Source: Marsupella aquatica (lineage: Eukaryota > Plantae > Marchantiophyta). From it: 64,000 nucleotides of DNA. A model generated the notes under the pieces. It made no database searches and was not told the origin of the DNA. It saw nothing but the letters and a program-made list of their open reading frames with translations. Made by a program: the position numbers and the translations under genes. Positions 1 to 9,355 of this stretch are shown in pieces (the first letter of the stretch is position 1; every line of letters begins with the position of its first letter). The stretch covers positions 18,728,857-18,792,856 of the forward strand of contig OZ316893.1 of the NCBI GenBank assembly GCA_973895155.1, written 5' to 3'.

Positions 1-193
1 CTCCCCCTAGACTCTAGTCTAGGAGAGGGTAAAGATTGCTACCAATATGATTGCTCAGCGGGATCAAAGTTCTAGAAAAAAAGACCAAACCGGTTTTTCC
101 CTCTTTATACAAGAGTAGACCAAAACTAAGCCGTAGCCTACACAAGGAATGAGAAAGAGAATATCTCAATATCTACACAAATGTTAAGTAACC

Positions 194-874
194 CTACTTG
201 TGAGGCAATTGCAAGACCTGCAACGCATCATGGTGTCTAGAAAAAGTCCCCAAAGGAATCACTTTGGTAAAAGCGTCAGTCAAGTTGAGTTTACCATCAA
301 TCTTGACTAGCTCAAACATATTATCAGACACAACCTGCCTGATAAAATGGTACCTAACATCAATGTGCTTCATTCTGCTGTCCATCACCTGGTTCACAAC
401 AAGGTGGAGCGCACTCTGACTATCACAATGAAGCTTCACATTCCCATGTGGCAATCCCATCTCAGTGATCAGTCTATCCAACCAAATCGCTTTCTTAGCT
501 GCTTCCGCTACTACAACATACTCCACTTCTGTAGTAGACTGAGCAATACACTTTTGCAAAGTAGACCTCCAACTTATGCATCCACCGCCAAGTGTGAACA
601 CATAACCTGTTGTTGACCTCCTCCAATCCAGATCCTATGCATAGTCAGCATCTACATAGCCCATCAATGATCTAGCATTATCAGCATGTGCATCAAACAA
701 TAGACCATGATCCATGATACCTTTCAAGTACCAAATAATCCACTTCACTGCTTCCCAATGTACCTTCCCTGGATTTGACATGTACCTATTCACCTTGCCC
801 ATAGCCGTGGCAAGTTCAGGTCTAGTGCAAGTCATCAAATACATGAGACTCCCCACTGCCTTGTCATAAGGAAT
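194..874 (-). pseudogene. Copia-A RT C-terminus and RNase H (stop/frameshift)
   Basis: IPYDKAVGSLMYLMTCTRP, GYVDADYA, QSTTEVEY, CDSQSALHL, KHIDVRYHFIR and DAFTK are Copia RT/RNase H motifs. Confidence 0.95.
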
Positions 875-1210
875 CACTAGTAGAAACCGGGGTAATTTAG
901 ACCATACCTTATAGGACTAAGCCCACTAAGTCCTTCTTCCATACTTTAAATGACTTGCACCCATTGCCAAGGTTTTGTTAAAGACTATAAAAGACTTTGA
1001 GTGTTTTCCGGTTTAGTTAAAGACTATGAAAAGTAACCTTGCTACTTTGTGAAGGGTGAACACTCTAGGACATCATGGGTTTTGTTCTTGGAATCACTCT
1101 AAAGGTCCACACAAAGACTAGTATAAGACAAAGTCTTCCAAGGGTTCATGATAAGAGTATACTTAAGAAGGACCGGGTCCTACTTTGGGCCTAAGTGCTT
1201 AAGGACATGC
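875..1210. repeat. CACTA-1 5' TIR and subterminal short-motif array (AAGACT/GACT/AGTC)
   Basis: There is a dense cluster of (a/g)gact and agtc motifs, mirrored at the 3' end. Such arrays are typical TnpA-binding subterminal repeats. Confidence 0.7.
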
Positions 1211-3390
1211 CTTGTATATATCACCAACCTTAACTAACATTGCACCATAAATATCCATGTAACGGGTACTTTTCATAACTTAGGGTACAACTGTACTGGA
1301 GGGCTTAGGGTGGTTTCTAACCAGAACCGGAACTAATGCATCACTATAACCCTAGCTAGGTACAACTCCCACACCATGATATATTCCGCATTGCCAACTA
1401 GTGTTGTTTTGACAGGGTCATGGGCACTAATTGACACAATGAACAGTCCACAACTTGATTGATTTGAGTGTAAATGATGGTGCCTTTTGATCCAAGATTA
1501 ATTCCACAAGGGGGGGGGGAGGGTTAGGGGGGCCCACAACTAATTAAGTGGCCATGACTTTGTCACCAAAGGGATTTATTTAAAGTTATCCTTAACCCTC
1601 TTTAGTTTTGTGTGTTGCCTAACACTCTGGCGCAAACGTACTTATTATGCTCAACGGGTCACCTCAACGGAAACGAGCTTACATGACTGCTTGCACTAAG
1701 TATTGGGTTAGGGTGAGTGTGCTTTGGTCATCAGGTGATTATTGGGTTTTTGTGAAGGGAACTATCGAGTACTTGCGCCCATGTGTTCGGGCCCCATTGT
1801 GCGACAGAACATTGTGCTTTGCTTCTATGAGTGGAGCATACGAGTAGGGTTTAGGGTTAACATTTTGCGAGGGAAGCTGGGAGGCGATTGTAGTCAATTG
1901 TTGCCATCCACTCCTGCGAGCGCTTTTGACAGTTCTACCTGCATGCCCCTTACAATTGTTTGGACAAAGGAGTTCAGCAAGTGGTTTGCGCTGGTTTGGG
2001 ACCTTGACAGTCGTGAGGTGGTGAGGACATTGAGGCATCCCTGGGAAGCGCTTGATGGTAAGGACATTGAGGTGTTGGAGACATTGAGGCGTTGCGGACA
2101 TTGCCTTAGAGGCTCTTGAGGCCAGTGACAGCTTTTGGCGCGAAGGCAAGCGGAGATTTGTCTCCTGCCTGAGAGCTGACAGCTTCGGATTGAGACAACG
2201 TGGGCGCACCAAGATTCAGAGAAGACTGACTGGCTGGGACCGACCGGTCTTGGGAAGTTGCAGCCGTGGAGGGACCGGGAGCGCTAAGGTACATTGCAGC
2301 TACGAGCAGCAATGCACCTGCCATAGTGACATTGAACTGCCCTGAATCACCCTGGTTAGTCCAAACTTCCATTTGCAAGTTAGTTTTGGTAGTGGCTTTG
2401 GTTTTCTAGGCGGAATGAGCTCCGATGCCATGCATTAAGAATGTGGGAAATGCTATTTTGTAGCTTGCTACCTCATAGTGCTAATTTCAACTTCAGGTTT
2501 GCGTGGTTTTGGGCGATAAGCTTGTGGCTCATTCGGACTGAGTGACCTTCCTGCGGGCCCTGCCCTAAGTGTTCACACTTCTCGCCGTCCCAAACTGCGA
2601 AAGGCTTCTCCCCGTTCTATATCCCTGCTTCAGTAATTGTATTGAGGTCTTTCAATCAGTCTCATAGGGGAGGTCATTGTCTTCTCTGTAAGTTGTTGCT
2701 CCTATCGCACTACCAAGCTTGTTGAAGGGAGCTACTATCGCGAGCTGCTACCATTGCAAGCTACTACCATCGCAAGTTGTTGAGGAGAGGGCCAGTTGTT
2801 TGCGAAAGGATTTCCAGATTGTGTCGGAGGTCCAGATTTCTTGCCTGTGGGTCCCCATGTTTGCAGTTTTTTCCTGGCTTCTTGCGCAGTGCTCCGACGT
2901 AGTACCCATGATGCTAGTCTGAACGGATTCATGAGCTGTGACTGATTTGCTGTTCAAATGATGTCTTCAACTAGAGCTACAATTAGTGTCTGCGGAGCTG
3001 CCAACCAGGTGCAGGTGTGATTGAGGTCAGTTCAACTGTTGGGTTGCCCGAATGTTCCGTTGCCATCATTTGTAACCACGAGCAATGGACTTTAGAGGCG
3101 GGATTTTCTAGGGATTTCTGCTCAACCCTTTGCTGGCTTTCTACTTTGAGGTCTATTTTGGGGTTCGGGCAAAGGGCGGAGGGCGAAGATCAAGCATTGC
3201 AGTTTTGCTAACGCTGCATGGTGGAAATTGGACCAGCCAACTCCTTGTCTACGGTGTTGTGGAGCTGGGCGAGCTGCGACAAGGGACCAAGCCAGGCGAC
3301 CTGTGAATCAAAGCCCATTGACCGCTGCTGAAGATTTGATGTTCTATATTTGAAGCTCTTGTTTGCTTTCTATTTGTCAGTCTTTCACAG

Positions 3391-3531
3391 CTGCGCATTA
3401 GTGTTGGCCCTATCCTCCGTCCCTCTGCTGGCCTGCTACTGACATTTGGTTAATCATAGTTGTTCACTACTGTGCATTAGTGTTGGCCCTATCCTTCGTC
3501 CCTCTGCTAGCCTGCTACATTTGGTTAATCA
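3391..3531. repeat. Imperfect ~62-66-bp direct duplication inside the CACTA 5' arm
   Basis: ctg(c/t)gcattagtgttggccctatcct(c/t)cgtccctctgct...catttggttaatca occurs at 3391-3456 and 3470-3531. Confidence 0.85.
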
Positions 3532-6191
3532 AAATGCAATGTCTGTCTGAGTGAGCTGATCATCTCCAATGTAGTATGGGCTTGGGATTTACATATATGT
3601 TTCTTGCTTCCAGCAGATAGGCAATTGCTTCCAAGCTCTTTGGTGCAGACGTCTCTATGGAATGCAATGCCCTATATGCCAGAGCTTTCATATATTGGCA
3701 TGTTCACATTTGCTCTTGGAATATATGATCCCGAAAGCTTCATGAGCAGTTTATGTTCAGAATTCTGTTTATGTTATTGTTTCTGTCAATTGCAGCTTGG
3801 ATTTTTGAATATATGTCCTGTCATTGATGATAGAGGGTGGTTGAGATTGGTTTTCTTTCTTCTTGGTAGTGGGTCAGTGTGTTGGCATTTTCCTCATGTC
3901 ACTCATTCTCATCGGACGAGCTGCGGATTGGTACTGAATAGTCATTTAGCCTATTGCTGCCTCCCACCGCCATTGCCGATTGCCGCTATCATCGTGTATT
4001 GCTTGCTTGCTTGCCACTGCCTTTGTTGGTTGCCACCCTCTTCACACTCTCTCGCATCTATCTTCCGATATGAACGCGCAGCCAAGCCCACCAAAAGCTC
4101 TGTCCCTACAATCCCTCCCAAATCAACTTCCTTGTTTCCTGCTGCTCATGATCACCGCATTGTTCTTCCCTATTTTTGTTTACTTATTGGTCTCTCCACA
4201 CTTGTTGCTTCACATGACTATTTTGCTCCTCCCTGGATCCGAACATGCCTTGTGCCCAATGCTCCCACGGTGGAGTGGGGTGGTGAATAGACGACCTCAA
4301 CACCATTGCAATCACATTTGGATGGGTTAGTTTTTTGCAGCTTAAACCTGTCGGGATTTTGCGCTTGTGGCGACGCTATCCTTTCTGCCACTTCATGAGT
4401 TTGTTTATGCTGCAGTGGGCGGTCTTGCGCAACTCAATGAGCCAATTTCATTTTCCCTGTGCACTTCTATTTCTCAGAGAATTCCCTGGTCATGCTCATT
4501 TGCCCCAGAGTTAGAAAACAAAGAAGAAGAAGAGCTGACTAATTGTAATTCCAATCCATATCCTGATCGGTCAAGGATTGTGAACTACATTGGCCTTGTC
4601 ATTGGCCGAGGTCACCAAATTTTGCTTGGTTTCATTCCTGTGGAGCACTGTTGTGATGGATGAATAGTTGTCGTAGCATTCTGCAAACTCTCACGGTTTG
4701 CTTATGGCCATTATTTGCAATTTGCTGCTACTAATATGTCTCCGACTGAGCAGCATACACCGGAAGTAAGCAATAGTGGAGGTTTAACTGCACATCAACA
4801 CATCCAGTGAACTACCTCTCTGCTGCTCACTGGAGGGTGAGACTTTCACTCTTTCTGGATATTGTAGTTTGTAAGCAAGTTGATTAGGAGTGTTTCATGC
4901 TATGTTTACATTGTGACCCCTAGCTGGAACCAATGGAATGACACAGTGAGTGGGAACTGATAATTTAAGGTTGGTTGCTGTTGGTGAGGCAAGTACAGCT
5001 CCTGCTCACCTTGCTGATCGAAGGTGCTTATCAGAGGACGTGAACACACGACACTCCACAAAAGCAACACTTATGGTGAGGACCCGCAATGCTGAACATG
5101 TGCGGCTTGCACGCAAGGTAGAGATGTTGCACCTTGAGTATGTCAGACTTGGGATCCTTCCAGCCCAGTCTGCATGGTACTTTGAGTACCCAGTTGTTGC
5201 CAGGAATAACTACAGCAGCCCTGTACCTGCTTCTCCACCCTTCCCAACATCCTTGGTATTTTTGTCTCTCGTACATGACCCGCCACAAATTAGGGCCCAA
5301 GGGTGTGTGCATAGTTGCCAGTATGACTGTCCTGCCTGTAGGGCTTCTGGCCTAGAGTTGGATGACCGTTCTCTTGGATGTCGGTTTTTTCATAGAGCAC
5401 AATGTATCATCTGGAACCACTCGCCATCCTGTAGTGTGCCTGGCGATGTCACTTGTCCTGCCCTCCCAGACCCCACCACCGGTCACTTTGGTGTCTACAC
5501 ATGTTTGGATCACACGCTGTAGAAGACCACTTGTCACACCGCATGCACAAACCAGAGACCATTGACCTATAACTTAACACTTTGACTTGAACAGAGAGGA
5601 TATTTACTTAAGATTTTGAATTATGAGCAATTTTGGGTCCAGGGTTTACGGTCAACAGTACATAACTTATCCTATTATGGCTGCACTAAGTACAATATCC
5701 TAATTTAAGAGGCTAGCAAGCTCACTTAAAAGTCTCCTTTCAAAGACTGGAATTAATGGGCCATGTGATAACCTGGAAAAAGTGATTTATGCCTAACTTA
5801 TTTGTCTCATTCACTATCATAGCCTATTTAGGATGTATAAATTACAACCCTGATCACACTGCTTGATACCAATCCTGTTCAAAAAATGCCTATTTTACAT
5901 GTCACGACTGTTATATGTGATTCAAATGCATTAAATCTTGTTGCAGATCTCCTTTGGTGAATCATAGCCACAAAATTGAGGTGTAGGTGGAGCTATTGTA
6001 TGAGGGGATCAGTTTTTAGTGTGGGCTCAACAAACCAAAAAGTATGTCTACTCTGCACATGTGTGTGAACATTTCATTGTAGTAGCAATTGCCACTCTAG
6101 TCTATATGCTACACTGTACTTTTTGTACACTGCACTAAATTGTATTGTCTATGCACTCTGCTAAATTGTACTATCTGTCTCAGGTGTAGGC

Positions 6192-6872
6192 ATGGCACGC
6201 CCTAAAATCCGAGCCAAGAAGCAGGGGACAGAGGTGAGCAACACAGGTGTAGTTGGGCCAGATGGTAGTAACTTCTCTGCAAGTCAGATTTTCCAGAAGG
6301 CAGCTCATTGTTGTGCCATTTGTGACGATGGTGGTGGCTTAGCCATATGTGAGGGCCCTTGCATGAGGCATTTCCACCTCAACCCGGAGTCTGACCTTGC
6401 TGCAGAAAACAACTGTCCAGGGGTGGGCCTCCCGTCAGCACACCAGGGAGGCTGGATGTGCACTGATTGTTTGGAGAAGCAGGCTAAGTGTGCACAGTGT
6501 GGGAAGTTGGGGTCTTATGAGGGCTCTGTTGATGCTCCACCACTTGTTAGGAAATGCCCTGACAGATATTGTGTGAGGTTCTTTTGTTTTTCATGTTTGC
6601 CCGATCTTGCCACAGCTTGCCCACTTCATAAGTGCAAGGCATGTGGTCAGCACGATGAAGATTTCTGGGTGGACATAGTCCACTGTGTTAGGTGTCCCAC
6701 CATGTGGCACTTTCATTGTTTGAAGGAGCGTCAAGCAGAAGGCTATGCTTGTGATAGACACATCTATGATCACTCTGCACATGGTGTTGATCGATGGATC
6801 TTCTATTGTCATCGCCATGCCATAGATCCTACTTTGCACACTCCCATGAGAGATCACATTTCTTGGCTTTGA
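6192..6872 (+). CDS. EDM2-like: Stand-alone EDM2-like atypical PHD-finger cassette protein (226 aa), CACTA cargo
   Basis: The ORF is open from ATG to TGA and preceded by a splice acceptor (ctcag, 6183). It has a basic N-terminus (RPKIRAKK). Its motifs CAICDDGG.L.ICEGPC.R.FH, C.DC....KC..CGKLGS, CPLHKC..C, C.RCP..WH..CL and IFYC..H.ID..L.TP.RDHI are colinear with the PHD region of plant EDM2 as recalled (CAICDNGG..LCCEG.C.RSFH...CPLHKC...CRRCPKSYH.KCL...IYC..HEIDE.L.TP.RDH). Confidence 0.85.
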   Translation: MARPKIRAKKQGTEVSNTGVVGPDGSNFSASQIFQKAAHCCAICDDGGGLAICEGPCMRHFHLNPESDLAAENNCPGVGLPSAHQGGWMCTDCLEKQAKCAQCGKLGSYEGSVDAPPLVRKCPDRYCVRFFCFSCLPDLATACPLHKCKACGQHDEDFWVDIVHCVRCPTMWHFHCLKERQAEGYACDRHIYDHSAHGVDRWIFYCHRHAIDPTLHTPMRDHISWL

Positions 6873-7470
6873 ACCTGAATAATGTACATGCATAGTGCAC
6901 CTGATGTGGATACCTTGGATATTGCAGACATTCCAATTTTGAGAAGAAGGACCTCTGTAGGAGAGGATGCTTAGGCAACAAGTACCCTAAGTTCATTACT
7001 TGTTCCTGGGTACATGCCTTCAAAAACTCCCCTTAAGCCTTCTAGGAACTTTTTTAACTCTGCAATCATTTTGATCACGACTTACATGACATTGCTTAAA
7101 TTAAATCAGGACTTCTCATTATGAGCATATAAGTTACAAGGCTATTTAATTTGCGAGAATTCCCTTAAAGTGTACCAACATTTTGTATTGTCATTGAATG
7201 TCTGCCCATTTACAACATCTGTATGTGGCATCACAAAACAATTGCACTTGTCACCTTCAATATTGTGAAGGCACATATTCAAACTATGAGGTGCATGCTT
7301 GCAGGTGTCTAGTACGTTTGTCCCAATATTTCTCCCGTTTGGAATCGGAGCAGAGACTCACCAGATGACTGGACTGGACCAAGTTATAAACGCAGCATTT
7401 TAAGGGCCCTCCGATTATCAGGTGAACGCATTATCTTCCGGTCTGCAGTGATTAGGTGGCCCGTGTGTAC

Positions 7471-8319
7471 ATGGCCTCTAGGAAACGTACAAAGGTTGAC
7501 CACCCGCCTCTGTTGGCTAGAATCAAAGCCATTTTGATTCCTGGCCACTATGGGTTCACCCAAGTGAGTTGGCCAATCGTACAAAAATGATTCTCAGAGT
7601 TCCATGGGACTGAAGTCAAGGACATCACTCCACAGACTACACATGTTGTTGCGGGGACATGGCTGGATGTGATGAACAACTGGTCATGGTCCTTCATTGA
7701 TTCTACCATTACCAACCAAGGTCTAAAAGTAGTTGAAGTCTCTTGGCTGACCGATTCTGTTAAACATAGGTGTGTACAGAGTACTGAGCAATATGAGTTG
7801 TGGGAGAGTGAGGAGGCCACTGCAGAGGCTTTGGCTGAAAAGGAAGCCTATGAAGCAGCGGCAGAGAAACCCAACTTTGCTTCTGTCCAATATGGACCTG
7901 TTGTCAACATAGGACACCATCCTATGCATGCAGATGCTATATTGAATGAGCATGGCAAGGAGAGAAATACCATTATGAAGGGGTTCAGTGTGGTATTTGC
8001 AGAAGAAGGAATTGGGGAGACTAAGTGCAGATTGTACAAGTCTATAGTTGTTGAGCTAGGTGGGACAGTGGAGGAGAGTCTAACAGAAACCTCCACTCAT
8101 GTTGTAGGTCTGTCATACATGAAAATATGCAGAAAATTCTTTAAGACAACAGTGCGTGATTTTGTCATGAACAACAATCTTTGGGTGCTTTCCCCTGATT
8201 GGCTTCTGGAATCAGCAGCTAGAGGGAAGCGACAGAATGCTTGGGACTTTGATATTTTTGAGGCCTGGCCCTCCAAGATTCAGTGGAGATGTATGCTTAG
8301 CAAAGGTGGGAGAGAGTGA
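7471..8319 (+). pseudogene. Tandem-BRCT domain protein, CACTA cargo; one in-frame TGA at 7588-7590 in this copy
   Basis: ATG 7471 (MASRKRTK, NLS-like) is in frame with ORF 7669-8319. There are two BRCT-like repeats: ...FHGTEVKDITPQTTHVVA...VVEVSWLTDSVK...EQYEL and MKGFSVVF...IVVELGGTVEESLTETSTHVVG...VLSPDWLLESAARGKRQNAWDF. Confidence 0.8.
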
Positions 8320-8495
8320 GGAGTAGGAGTCCCTCATATTTTTGTATAAATCACAATTTTGTAATAAATGTGATCCTTGAACTAACTCATCTTGTCATGG
8401 TTGGTCGCAGTTGAAGTGATTGTTGTTTCCTGCTGCGTGGGGTGTGACTGTGAATCTACTTGCTGGGCTATGTTTGGCTGAAGACTTTGGTGGGT

Positions 8496-9029
8496 ATGCT
8501 GCCTCTTCCAGACCGTCAAGCCCTATGTAGGGTCCTCCTACGGGTTGCATCGTGCATGGCTACTGCTTGGGCTTACTTGTGTGGATTGGTAACCAGACAG
8601 AGTGTAGCTCCATCCGAGATAATGCCTGCAGACCTTGGATGTGTTGTGAATGCTGTGGTGAATGAGGATGCACAATCGGAAGAGGACATTTACTTTTCAG
8701 CAGATGAGTTAGACAAGCACGATGCTGTAGGTGGTTCCTTGTTGCCTGATTTGGCAGATGATATAGTTCTTACACATGTCTGGCCAAGGGTTCTTGTGGT
8801 GTCTGGCACACAAGATATCTGCAAATATAGACTAATTAGTACCCAGTGGAGGGACTTGGTAGCAACATGTGCACCATGGAGGGCACTGCTGCCACTGCTT
8901 GTAGGCACGGATCGAAGACCACCATGGCATGAGCAGGGTTTAGACCTTGATGACTTAATGTACATGCTTGAGTACCTCAGGGCTGAGTGGCATCGACAAC
9001 AGGATTGGTATCCGTATTTGATGTGGTAG
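8496..9029 (+). CDS. F-box-motif protein, CACTA cargo (start uncertain: ATG 8496 or 8556)
   Basis: SLLPDLADDIVLTHVWPRV...ICKYRLISTQWRDLV (~8736-8860) fits the plant F-box consensus L(I/L)PxLPDDI...LxRV...RxV(C/S)xxWRxL. Confidence 0.65.
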   Translation: MLPLPDRQALCRVLLRVASCMATAWAYLCGLVTRQSVAPSEIMPADLGCVVNAVVNEDAQSEEDIYFSADELDKHDAVGGSLLPDLADDIVLTHVWPRVLVVSGTQDICKYRLISTQWRDLVATCAPWRALLPLLVGTDRRPPWHEQGLDLDDLMYMLEYLRAEWHRQQDWYPYLMW

Positions 9030-9355
9030 TAAGATGAGGACATCTCACACCGGTCTCGCACCTGGCACCTGTGTCTATGACTATACATGATTGGACTCTG
9101 ATATGGTCATGGATGTACGTGCAGAGGCAGTACATGTGAGGACAGCGGAGGAGTTGACACCCTCAAACATTTAGGAATTTTGTCTCATTCACTTGAGAAT
9201 AGGTACATGACTCAGGCACCTATATTTTTTGTTTTTTTGTTTTTTTGGAACGTTACGTATTTTGGCAAGTACAGTCGGGGGTGAAATCCTTAACAGGAAG
9301 TGTATTTTTCACTTGCATAATAAAATGACAAGGTGCTGAGTGCGTGTGTATAGTG

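Noticed and set aside
1647-4330. Multiple overlapping ORFs in the CACTA 5' arm (e.g. 1739-2212, 2106-2378, 3604-4290)
   Set aside because: They have no recognisable domain, mostly non-ATG starts and overlap on both strands, so they cannot be supported as genes.
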